Assembly: GCA_963662275.1 (NCBI GenBank)
Contig: OY759316.1
Coordinates: 3,424,001 to 3,488,000 of the forward strand
From: Candidatus Cloacimonadales bacterium
Lineage (GTDB): Bacteria; Cloacimonadota; Cloacimonadia; Cloacimonadales; DAONDQ01
Direction: 5' to 3'
Length of the DNA: 64,000 nucleotides
The notes under the pieces are model-generated. The model saw nothing but the letters and a program-made list of their open reading frames with translations. It was not told where the DNA came from and did not search any database. Shown one piece after another: positions 1-8,982 of the stretch (its first letter is position 1; every line of letters begins with the position of its first letter). A program made the translations under genes and the position numbers.

Positions 1-1162
1 GCAATTTGATTTGTATTTCTTCATCGGAATCATCAGAAAGAAGTATATCTATGATGTTTATTTTCTTTTGTTCGCTCAACGAATCATATATGTTTTTAAG
101 CTTCACTTTCAAAGCATGATAAGATTCATTTCCAAGTAACTTGGTTTTATTTTCACTTTCGAGATTAAATCTGTAGCAGTCAGTATCTTTTTTCCTAATT
201 AAAGCTCGAACTTTTGGATAGTCTTTTTTATCACAAACATTCATTACATTGAATATTAGATTTCTCTCCTCCTGTGTAAGATCGATGACCTCACCTGTTG
301 TTATATCAATTAACTCAAGGTTATTTATTTCCTGAAGAAGCCTGAATTCCTGGAAGAAGGGATGTGCTCTGTGAATTCTATCCTCTGTTGGTTCTAAATA
401 ACATTTTCCTTTGATAGTTGGCTTTAAAGGTCTTTGAGTGAATATGACTTTATATATCTCATCTTTCAAAGAATCTGATAATTCTTTGTGATATTGTCTT
501 TGAGTATTCCAAAGAGTATTAAATTCGTTTTCTATCATCTCACGAGTAGGAAATATCTTTTCATCAGCAATATCTGATTCGTATCTGAATTTGGTTGGTT
601 TCTTATGATGTTGGTCATTGAGATTGACTTTACAATTTATGTTCCATAAATATTCGCCGATTGTGCGTACTTTTGTTTCAGTTAGTTTGTGTTGTAGATT
701 TGATATAGCATCAGATATCTTTGTTCCTTTTTCTTGTGCATTCTCTTTTCTGTTACTCTTAAAGCCTCTTCTTTTTGCTAAATGTATGAAAGCTCGAGAA
801 ATCTCATAAAGAGTAATTTCTTTATCTAAAGCTCTATGCCTTATTTCAAGAGGGTCTTGCATAAAGAGAGAAGTTCTCTCCTTTTCATTCTGTGGTAGAA
901 GAGAATGAGCATCTAAGCAATTCAATAATTGTTCCCTGCGTAGAAGATAGCGATCAAGATTCTTTCGGATAGAACGATAGTTTCTTCTTTTTACACTCAA
1001 GGGTTCTTTAGTTTTGTCATCTCTGCCATCAGGGAATATACGTACACCCATTTTGATAATATCAATCGGATTATCATTTGAATCCAGTTTAAGCATGCAC
1101 CATCCGATAGAAGTAGAACCCATATCGATACCAAGTCTGTAATTTTCTTTAGTTACTTTCAT
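1..1162 (-). CDS. cas9: Type II-C CRISPR nuclease Cas9, 5' part (runs off the left edge; absent from the ORF track)
   Basis: Manual translation from ATG 1162 (GGAGG upstream): MKVTKENYRLGIDMGSTSIGW (RuvC-I), MGVRIFPDGRD, Arg-rich bridge helix KRRNYRSIRKNLDRYLLRR, HLAKRRGFKSNRK, IFTQRPLKP, KCYLEP..RAHPFFQEFRLLQEINNL. Frame is open for 387 codons to the edge. Confidence 0.97.
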   Translation of the reverse strand, partial: MKVTKENYRLGIDMGSTSIGWCMLKLDSNDNPIDIIKMGVRIFPDGRDDKTKEPLSVKRRNYRSIRKNLDRYLLRREQLLNCLDAHSLLPQNEKERTSLFMQDPLEIRHRALDKEITLYEISRAFIHLAKRRGFKSNRKENAQEKGTKISDAISNLQHKLTETKVRTIGEYLWNINCKVNLNDQHHKKPTKFRYESDIADEKIFPTREMIENEFNTLWNTQRQYHKELSDSLKDEIYKVIFTQRPLKPTIKGKCYLEPTEDRIHRAHPFFQEFRLLQEINNLELIDITTGEVIDLTQEERNLIFNVMNVCDKKDYPKVRALIRKKDTDCYRFNLESENKTKLLGNESYHALKVKLKNIYDSLSEQKKINIIDILLSDDSDEEIQIKL

Positions 1163-1219
1163 TTTTTCCTTGACCTCCGCACAGAATTTGTGTATCTGTA
1201 AATATATAACCTTAATTAA

Positions 1220-1304
1220 TTTGTTTGTAAAATGGTGTCAAGCTGTTAATAAGGTTTTTACCAACAAATGCCTTTCCAGATTCCGATCTGGTTAGGCTTT
1301 TTTT
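1220..1304 (+). ncRNA. Putative tracrRNA, divergent from cas9
   Basis: Anti-repeat-like GGTGTCAAGCTGTTAAT, then nexus-like AAGG..CC, then hairpin GCCT..CCAGAT-TCCG-ATCTGG..AGGC (1270-1297) and a T7 run. Lies directly upstream of cas9. The 5' end is approximate. Confidence 0.72.
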
Positions 1305-1307
1305 ATA

Positions 1308-1606
1308 TTTATTTTCACTTTTTTTAATTTTTTTTCAAATGCTCCCTCTTTCGAAGTTCGAAGGACGAAGTGCGAAGTTCGAAAGAAGAGAATAACAGAC
1401 AGATTTATTTCCACAAATCCCTGCTCTGTAATTCTGAACTATAAATTTCTTTAAAATCTTCTCTGTATCTGCTTTTTAAAGTTTTCGTACTTCGCACTTC
1501 GAACTTCGAACTTAAGATTTATTTTTCATTTTTTAAAAATAAATCGAAATGCTCCCTCGATTTGGGCAAAAAGCTCCCTCCTATATATATATGAGAGGCG
1601 TTTTTG
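1308..1606. repeat. Composite repeat: inverted CGAAGTN heptamer tracts (1351-1384 / 1482-1513) between ~41-bp imperfect direct repeats (1308-1348, 1518-1558), plus a TA-loop hairpin
   Basis: TCGAAGTTCGAAGGACGAAGTGCGAAGTTCGAAA versus TTTCGTACTTCGCACTTCGAACTTCGAAC; both direct repeats end AAATGCTCCCTC. Confidence 0.75.
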
Positions 1607-1650
1607 CAGAAGGTGTTAGGTTCCAGGTGCTAGGTGCTAGTTCAGAACAG
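1601..1650. repeat. AGGTGYT-type heptamer tract (related copies near 19122, 20692, 47122 and 49391)
   Basis: TTTTTGCAGAAGGTGTTAGGTTCCAGGTGCTAGGTGCTAGTT; the reverse complement of 49391-49433 reads TTTTTTGCAGAAAGTGTCAGGTTTTAGGTTCTAGGTGCCAGTT. Confidence 0.8.
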
Positions 1651-1722
1651 AAAGAGCAGAGCAGAAGGAACCAGAACAGATGCAGAAGGACCTCCAGAAA
1701 TAAATGAAAAGAGGAAAAGAAA

Positions 1723-2209
1723 ATGAAACCCAAATTCAATCACAGACAGCCAGAAAGAGCGAAGTCCGGAAATACACCCCGATGTCTTGAGAATCTTCGA
1801 AGTTGGAGAATAGCTCAGAGTCTTACTGAGACATGGACAGATGCCAATATTTGGGAAAACGTATGGATGGAATGATGGAACATCATCCTGGATTTCTTCT
1901 AATCGAGAAACCATAACCTGGCAATCAACTACCGCCAATGACGATAATACCATACCAGCAATTCAGAATCTCTGGTTATCTGCTTATCCGAATCCTTTCA
2001 GTAGCAACCTGAATGTCCAGGTCAACAGCAAATTAACAGCCCCTGTTTCTGTTCAACTATTTAATCTCAAAGGACAGCTTGTATACGCTGATAAAACAGA
2101 ACCAAATCACTCAATCACAATCAACAAAACGTTAAGCAACGGTATCTATTTTCTGAAGGCAAGACAGGGGAATGATACCTGTGCACGTAAAATCATCCAT
2201 ATCAAATAA
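1723..2209 (+). pseudogene. Fragment of a secreted protein with a T9SS-A/FlgD-like C-terminal domain, probably truncated or frameshifted
   Basis: ORF 1841-2209 has AYPNPF..LFNLKGQLV..LSNGIYFL..KIIHIK but no signal peptide. An overlapping upstream frame (ATG 1723) reads WRIAQSLTETWTDANIWENV and then stops. Confidence 0.5.
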
Positions 2210-2261
2210 TACTCTTTTTTATTGTAGAAACGTGCAATTTGCGCGTCTCTATTGAAAAGGA

Positions 2262-2442
2262 TGAACTTCCCTGAAAGCAGGTTTTCGCAACCGATGATGA
2301 AAGCTGAGTTCTCCGAGTGAACAGATTTATCTATTTGTATCGAGGAGACGACATTGCACAACCTTATAGGGTCACATTGGGTCATTTCGATACAATTTCT
2401 CCTTCGTCGAAATCACTCAATGAACCGGCTCTGAGCTTTCAT
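2262..2442. repeat. Nested stem-loop element; its 5' end recurs at 52811
   Basis: Nested complementary pairs 2297-2305/2434-2442, 2315-2320/2413-2418 and 2335-2343/2387-2395. 24 of the first 25 nt match 52811-52835. Confidence 0.6.
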
Positions 2443-2580
2443 GTACAGTGCGAAAGAAGAGAAGACAGGGCTGAAGATGAATTTGTATATATTGTTTTAT
2501 TACTAAGGCAGATATCTTTGAGGCGTTGCATCATATAAAATACAATCTATCCACCGATTGAAAATCAGCGTTGCATTGCA

Positions 2581-5500
2581 TTACACTGTCACATACTTGG
2601 CATCAACAGAATATCCCTGGTCTTTAACGATGGAAAGATCCTGGACGAGAGTGATATAATTATCAATTTGCTTTTTGTCTGGAGTATGTCCTGACTTGTA
2701 ATCAATTATGAGTATCAGTTTATTCTTTTCATCGATAAGAAGACGGTCGAGATGATATGCTTCCTGGTATTTACCGAAAATAGTGAATTCAGTAAACACT
2801 TTATTCCATTTTGTTTTATCAAAGAGTGAACTCTCTGCTTTTACAAAATCACGGACACTTGTCTTTACTTTTTCTAATTCAGCAGGATTGAGATAATGTC
2901 CATATAACTCAGTCGTTTTAGAGATAGCCATAGTGAATTCATTCTCTTCTCCATAGGACAGAAAAGACATCATGAAATGAGTGGCATTGCCTATCATATT
3001 GCTCTTATTAACAAGGTAGCTTTGTTTCAGATCAGATTTCAAATAATCCTGGAGATTCTTCTTTTCAATAGCATACTTGCTTCTGTCTGTTTCTATATAA
3101 TCGTTGAAATCAACATTCATCACATTCTTTTTCATTGCTTCAGATAATGCCTTGTCTTGTAACGTCCCATACAAGGCTTCTAATGTAAATTTCTGGATAT
3201 CCTGCACCCAGCCATTCCCGGAAACGGTGTGATAGAGAACTTGCAGCAGAAGTTTTGGAATCGAGATATCTTCCTTGGTTGTTGTGATTTTCTCTGTCGC
3301 GGCTGCAATTCCGTCCTTATTCTTATAAGCAACATACACAATCAAGTTTAAAGCAGCTCGAGTAAGAGCAACATAAATGGAATTCAGTTCTTCGATGGCT
3401 TGCTGTTTTGTATTATTTTCAGCCATTGTTGTTAGTTTAGTATTTGGAATAACGCCATCATAATTGCATGTATAAGCGTATTGTTCCAGCCTGGAGAACA
3501 TAGGTCTTTTCAATTCCATGTATATTTTCAAATCTGTGGATGTACCACCTCTTGCCCCTTCTGCTTTCGTATAAAAGAAAACATTATTGAATTGCAACCC
3601 TTTGGCACGATGAATTGATAGAAGAGTCAGTCCTTCTTTTGTCTGCATTCCAATTTGACCCATGGATTTATTCTTTTCCAATTCTTTGCAAAAAGTCATA
3701 AAACCATGCAAAGTCAATGGTTCATCAGCTTTCTGCTGCTCAAAATCAGCAACGATATCCAGGAAACGGTGCAGATTCTTGATATCATTATCATATTGCC
3801 AGATCTCTGTAAAATGGTAAGCTCTGATGATCTTAGAACAGTAATCCAGTAGATTCTCCTGTCTAAATGATTCCATAACCTCGAAAACCTTGGCTATTTC
3901 AGGAAAAGCCAACAATTTAGAAGTTAACTTCTCCTTTTCTGAATTCCTGATGATTACCAGGATACGTTTTAAAGTATCAGCATCAAGGAGTACGGCATCA
4001 GAGCGCAGGAATTTCAACAAATCAAGCCAACGTTTCCGAAGGGTAAAACGCAATAAATACATCAGCGGTTTTACTGATCGATGATGTAAAATGGAATAGG
4101 TGGATTCCCAAATATAATCGATGCCGTTTTCTGTCAGTACGGCTGCAATATTCTTCAGATCTATATTCCGCCGTGTTAAAATGACTGTCTCATTCATAGA
4201 TAATTGATTATTCCTGGGATCAATGAGAGGAATGACCATATCTTCCACAAATTCCCGAATGGCTGACTCGTCATTTGAGACTGTATTTTCTTTATCCTCT
4301 GTTAGATTCCTGAAACGAACCTTCACTCCGCCAATCATTTCCCGATGCTTTGGTTCGGGTTGAACAAGTTTATAATCCCAATCAATACCATGAGCAGCTA
4401 AATTTAATATCATATTCTCATGAAGAAAAACTGTGTTGATGAAATTCATCACAGGTTGATAAGAACGGAAGGAAATGTTCAAATATTCCTCATCACAGTG
4501 AGTAAGTACTTTCTTCATATTGATCAATAAGTCTCTTTCCCCTCCCCGCCAGCGATAAATGGATTGCTTTTCGTCCCCAACAACGATCACACCACCATAA
4601 GGTTTCGCAGTTTCACCACTGATCAGTTCCCTGATAATAGGCAGCAAAATCTGAAACTGAAGAATAGAGGTATCTTGGAATTCGTCGATCAGGAGAAACC
4701 GGATACGATTCGTGAGTAATTCGTAAAAACGATTATTCACATAGCCGTAATCCATATCCACAAGAGATAATTCAGGATCATAGAGATACTTATATGTATA
4801 ATAGGCAATATCGCTGTAGGTGAAAATACGTGTTTGGAATCTCAATTCATCATAATATTTGAAAAGCTTACGAGAAAACTGCTTAATTGCATATTGTTCG
4901 AGCAAAAATCTTTTATGAAAGAGATATTCTCCAAAAATACCTGCTGCATCTGCACAACGTTCTTCGAGTTCAGCGGCGAATGGTTCCTTCTTAGAATTGA
5001 ATTTCGTATTATTCCAGAAACTACTGCATCCTAGCCAGAGTGAATTCTTGCGTTCAACTCGTGTTGGCTCTTTGAAATAATCACGAATAAAAGCTGGGAT
5101 ATCGAAATTAGAGCCGTCTCTTCCATCCAACCATTGCTCACGATATTCTTTATTTAGCAGTTTTGAAATCAGTTCTCCCGGATATTTAGCATGGATAAAT
5201 CTCCACCATTCTGTAACAATCGCTATCATCCTTGTAGAATATTCAATCCATTTCGCTTCGGCAATCGTCTCCCAAGCCTTGAACATTTCTTGTGTATCCG
5301 TCTGCATTCCCGATTCCTGTTGCTCTACATAATGGAAGAACCAGCGTTGATCGATCAGTTTCACCAGGAAATCTCTATATGTCTCTATCGTTTTATTCCG
5401 GGATTGCTCAAAAAGAGTCCGGATAATGGATAGATTGTCTTTGCTCAACATGAATTCATAAAGTTTTGGCAGGATGTCATCCGTTGCATTATCATCAATA

Positions 5501-5904
5501 ACCGGTTCCGTTATTCCCAGGAAGGGAGCAACATGCGATTTGAAGATATTGAATAGCAGTGAGTCGATTGTACTGATCTGGAGTTGGTTTTTATGAAGAA
5601 GGATCTGTTGGCGTACACCTTTAAAAAAGGTAATATCTTCATCTGTTATTGAGTATCCGAATATCCCTGTGAATGTCGCAGATAGAGCTTTTCCTTTCTC
5701 GCTGCCAGAGACTAATTCCTCCAAATGCTCATAAATCCTGTTCCGTATTTCTGCCGTGGCTTTCCTCGTAAATGTCACGATACAGATTTCTCGGAAATTG
5801 ATCTCCTGTTTGCGACAACAAAGTAATATATTGATGAATTCTAAAGATAACCTGTACGTTTTACCTGTACCCGCACTGGCGCTGATCACTTTATTCAGTA
5901 ACAT
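2581..5904 (-). CDS. addA: UvrD-family helicase/PD-(D/E)XK nuclease, AddA-like
   Basis: ASAGTGKT, VTFTRKA, LIDEFQDT, VGDEKQSIYRWRG, SIHRAKGLQF, YVALTRA; C-terminal LDRL..IIDYKSG. Confidence 0.9.
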   Translation of the reverse strand: MLLNKVISASAGTGKTYRLSLEFINILLCCRKQEINFREICIVTFTRKATAEIRNRIYEHLEELVSGSEKGKALSATFTGIFGYSITDEDITFFKGVRQQILLHKNQLQISTIDSLLFNIFKSHVAPFLGITEPVIDDNATDDILPKLYEFMLSKDNLSIIRTLFEQSRNKTIETYRDFLVKLIDQRWFFHYVEQQESGMQTDTQEMFKAWETIAEAKWIEYSTRMIAIVTEWWRFIHAKYPGELISKLLNKEYREQWLDGRDGSNFDIPAFIRDYFKEPTRVERKNSLWLGCSSFWNNTKFNSKKEPFAAELEERCADAAGIFGEYLFHKRFLLEQYAIKQFSRKLFKYYDELRFQTRIFTYSDIAYYTYKYLYDPELSLVDMDYGYVNNRFYELLTNRIRFLLIDEFQDTSILQFQILLPIIRELISGETAKPYGGVIVVGDEKQSIYRWRGGERDLLINMKKVLTHCDEEYLNISFRSYQPVMNFINTVFLHENMILNLAAHGIDWDYKLVQPEPKHREMIGGVKVRFRNLTEDKENTVSNDESAIREFVEDMVIPLIDPRNNQLSMNETVILTRRNIDLKNIAAVLTENGIDYIWESTYSILHHRSVKPLMYLLRFTLRKRWLDLLKFLRSDAVLLDADTLKRILVIIRNSEKEKLTSKLLAFPEIAKVFEVMESFRQENLLDYCSKIIRAYHFTEIWQYDNDIKNLHRFLDIVADFEQQKADEPLTLHGFMTFCKELEKNKSMGQIGMQTKEGLTLLSIHRAKGLQFNNVFFYTKAEGARGGTSTDLKIYMELKRPMFSRLEQYAYTCNYDGVIPNTKLTTMAENNTKQQAIEELNSIYVALTRAALNLIVYVAYKNKDGIAAATEKITTTKEDISIPKLLLQVLYHTVSGNGWVQDIQKFTLEALYGTLQDKALSEAMKKNVMNVDFNDYIETDRSKYAIEKKNLQDYLKSDLKQSYLVNKSNMIGNATHFMMSFLSYGEENEFTMAISKTTELYGHYLNPAELEKVKTSVRDFVKAESSLFDKTKWNKVFTEFTIFGKYQEAYHLDRLLIDEKNKLILIIDYKSGHTPDKKQIDNYITLVQDLSIVKDQGYSVDAKYVTV

Positions 5905-8749
5905 TCAGCCTCCCTTTCAACATACGTTGCAAATCGACACGGGTAATATCAGCAAAACGATCGCGCCCCTTACTTTTTGATGTAAGTGCAAATCCACGAT
6001 TCTGTAAATCTTCGAGAGTTTCGTCTAAACGTTCTGTGAATCTCTCATATAATTTATCTCTACTTTTTTTATTATCCAGGTCTTCCACTTTCTGCATAAA
6101 AATCATATAGAAAAGAGCTTTGACCAAATTGAATTCATCAGAATCCATCCAATCATAATAAAATAGAATATAAAACAGTAATTGGTCACGATCTAGGTTT
6201 GTATCGTTCTGGGTAGTCTTATAATCAATAATGATCGCTCTTTTATTTGCATCTTCCAAACGAAGGTCAGCTCTGCCTCGTATTTTTACCCCTATTCCAT
6301 GATCTTTTTCACCTGGTTCAAAAAGTACTTTATATTTTCGTTCCTCATCTGTCATTTTAACCTGTTCAGGGATTGGTCTGATCATCTGAAATCCATAGAT
6401 TTCGCTAATGCTCTTCACTAATGTATCAGTGCTTTCTATCAGTTGCTGCCATAGAATTTCACGAAAAAAGAGGTCACTATAATTATGAGGTAATTTATAA
6501 TATAGATCATTTACTTTATTCATAATCAGCGATAACCGAGCCTCCAGGAAATCAGGAGTCCAAATCTTTTCCAGGAGTTTAATATCAAAGAATTCACCGT
6601 TCGTATGTTGATTTAAGTAACTCCAGCAATGACGGTAGAAATCGTGTGAGATATTCCCTATCATCTTCTCCGTAAGACAATTCTCATCGGGGTCTTCGAT
6701 CTCTTCCAAACGTGTATGGTATTGCAGGTAAGAAGCAAAAGAATTTACTCTCAGAGCTGCATAGTGAGAATAATCAAGAAGATAATAATTTGCTTCCAGG
6801 TCTTCCTGAGGATCGAATGGTAGATGAAAGAACTCATCTCTAACTTCAGGGTTGGGAATATCTGCTGAAGGAACAGTATCTTTTTCAAAAAGAGTAGAAT
6901 AGGCTAGCTTATATCCATTATCATTCCAATCCTGTGTTTCAATAATACTAGATGGAAGAAAGAGTTTGATCTCTTCCACAAAAGAGCTGGCATCTTTATC
7001 TTCGTCTTCATTTGCCAGGTAATATATCCAGGCAGTTTCAGCAGATAACAGGAAACGGAAAAAATAATACTTCTCTCGTAACCGAATATCTTCATATGTT
7101 TTCAAACCTAGCATTTGACGTTGAGTTTCCGAAAATAACCAAGGTACTTGAGTTGTACCAGGTAAATCACCCTCATTCGCATTCAAAACAGCAATATGCT
7201 GATAACATAGGTTACGTGTATCAATCAGATTGGATATTTTCGTTCTCTTTTGCTCAAATGATGAATGATTATACCTAATCATCTTGGGTTTGAGAAATTC
7301 CAATACCAGGTGGACAATTCCCTGCGCCAAAGCAGTAGGTGATGCGGTAAAGAATGAAGACCAATTGGTTACAATTTTCAGTTCCTCTATCGCCTGGAGA
7401 TTACCCAGAGCTTCATAAAGTACTTCTTCCAGGTTGGAACTGTTCTTTTCAATATCAGACAGGATCAGTTGCACCGGTAATCCATTATCCCTGTTCACCA
7501 GGTTAATGAAATCCTTGATTGACCAAATACTTAGAAGCTGCTTCAAGTAAGTGCAAATCCTGTTCAAAAATTGAATGGTGACTTGATTAAGCTCTATTTG
7601 CTTTGCTACATCGAGGAATTGCAAATCGAGATCAATGTATTGATAATCGTTCTTCACCAGGTTATCAAATTCACTACGAATGATTTCACGTTCTACCGCT
7701 TGAGGTACAAAACAGGATAGTGCATCATCAGTAAAGATGAATTCCCCAAGAGAAATCAGAGGTAAAAGATATTTTTGAAAGCCCGGTTCAAGAAGAAGTG
7801 ATTGGAGCATTCTATCGCTGATCTCCCAAAACCTAAAAACTGTGGTTCGGCAAAAGGAATCATTGATAGGAATTGCAAATTTAGAAGCAGATAAGTATTT
7901 CGCATAAGGCTCTCGTGTAAACACAGGATCTAATATCAATTCAGGCTGTTCAGAAGATTTAGTTTCCATCATCTGGAAAAAAGCTGAGAGCATTCCAAAA
8001 TGATTAAAGCATTTTACAAGTCGAATCTTACCAATTCGATAATCAGCTATGCTGTCAAGTTGCCAGTCTTTCACCTCAAGTATGCTTTCAGGCATGTGAT
8101 AATAAACGACCACTTCTTTATGATTATCCTCAAGAAATGTGCTGATATGAGATTCTAATTTTGTATAATAGAACTGATTTACAAAAACGAAACGCTCATA
8201 TTTATCCAAGAGTTGCAATTGCAGATTTGCTGTTCGATTAGCAAAAATTGTATCTGTAAATCCTTTGCTATTCAATACTGCTGAATAGTTCTTCCGTAAT
8301 TGTAACAAGTTTGTGTAAGTATCAATCTGCCAATCTTGTAGATCAGCCTCTTGTTCTTCCAAAATGAGTAAGAGTTTTTCAGGATCAATCATTTCTTCAT
8401 TCAATTCCTCAAAGAACTGGAAGAATTTATTCGCTAAATCAATTGATTGAAAGTAGTTTTGTATGTAGAAAGTTGATTTGAGAGAATCATCAAGAGCCTG
8501 ATAAAGTAGAAGTGTTCGTTTTTCTTCCCGAATGACTGGTACTTTAGGCATGAATAGGCATGATTTCATTTCATCCATATTCAAAAACAGAACCTCTTCG
8601 AATTTCCAGCTTAATCGATGAATTCTGAGTGCTTCCTGTTTTGCTGCATCTGTAGGGAAAATAAGAACAGAACCGTCTTTCGCTTCTTCACTAACGACAA
8701 TACGTGTGAAGTCTTCTTTAAAGGATAAAAAACGGGGTTGGATAGGCAT
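5891..8749 (-). CDS. addB: AddB-like subunit (inactive helicase core plus PD-(D/E)XK nuclease)
   Basis: DTRNL, ANEGDLP, R.MLGL.TY..REKYYFFR, IRGRADLR..IIDYKT; overlaps the addA start. Confidence 0.82.
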   Translation of the reverse strand: MPIQPRFLSFKEDFTRIVVSEEAKDGSVLIFPTDAAKQEALRIHRLSWKFEEVLFLNMDEMKSCLFMPKVPVIREEKRTLLLYQALDDSLKSTFYIQNYFQSIDLANKFFQFFEELNEEMIDPEKLLLILEEQEADLQDWQIDTYTNLLQLRKNYSAVLNSKGFTDTIFANRTANLQLQLLDKYERFVFVNQFYYTKLESHISTFLEDNHKEVVVYYHMPESILEVKDWQLDSIADYRIGKIRLVKCFNHFGMLSAFFQMMETKSSEQPELILDPVFTREPYAKYLSASKFAIPINDSFCRTTVFRFWEISDRMLQSLLLEPGFQKYLLPLISLGEFIFTDDALSCFVPQAVEREIIRSEFDNLVKNDYQYIDLDLQFLDVAKQIELNQVTIQFLNRICTYLKQLLSIWSIKDFINLVNRDNGLPVQLILSDIEKNSSNLEEVLYEALGNLQAIEELKIVTNWSSFFTASPTALAQGIVHLVLEFLKPKMIRYNHSSFEQKRTKISNLIDTRNLCYQHIAVLNANEGDLPGTTQVPWLFSETQRQMLGLKTYEDIRLREKYYFFRFLLSAETAWIYYLANEDEDKDASSFVEEIKLFLPSSIIETQDWNDNGYKLAYSTLFEKDTVPSADIPNPEVRDEFFHLPFDPQEDLEANYYLLDYSHYAALRVNSFASYLQYHTRLEEIEDPDENCLTEKMIGNISHDFYRHCWSYLNQHTNGEFFDIKLLEKIWTPDFLEARLSLIMNKVNDLYYKLPHNYSDLFFREILWQQLIESTDTLVKSISEIYGFQMIRPIPEQVKMTDEERKYKVLFEPGEKDHGIGVKIRGRADLRLEDANKRAIIIDYKTTQNDTNLDRDQLLFYILFYYDWMDSDEFNLVKALFYMIFMQKVEDLDNKKSRDKLYERFTERLDETLEDLQNRGFALTSKSKGRDRFADITRVDLQRMLKGRLNVTE

Positions 8750-8793
8750 GAATCCCCCAATGTTTAATACATAATACTGCTTTCATCGAATTA

Positions 8794-8942
8794 GACCCCC
8801 CTCCCCCCCTTCCCAAGGGGGGATTAGCTTTTCTTTCCCAAATGTGGAATAGCTGATCCTCTTCAAAGTTGCTTTTTTAAGTATATACACATTCCCAAAA
8901 CCTGGTTTAATATCCCCCCTTGGGAAGGGGGGGAGGGGGGTC
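8794..8942. repeat. Perfect 31-bp inverted repeat pair built of C/G runs
   Basis: GACCCCCCTCCCCCCCTTCCCAAGGGGGGAT (8794-8824) and its exact reverse complement (8912-8942). Looser relatives near 20744 and 49335. Confidence 0.9.
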
Positions 8943-8982
8943 ATTTTCTGCAAGTAATCCCCCCATATGTTGTTTAAATTAT

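Noticed and set aside
618..809. 63-aa ORF, and the many similar short ORFs antisense or out of frame within long genes
   Set aside because: They are shadow ORFs of cas9 and other well-supported genes, with no recognisable motifs.
1163..1220. Long-form tracrRNA acting as a natural single guide to repress cas9
   Set aside because: I could not find a convincing repeat-mimic segment upstream that pairs with the anti-repeat.
1276..1291. The tracr terminator loop GATTCCGATC is identical to the loop of the REPs at 19918 and 49298
   Set aside because: The stems differ and TCCG is a UNCG-type stable tetraloop, so convergence is the simpler explanation.
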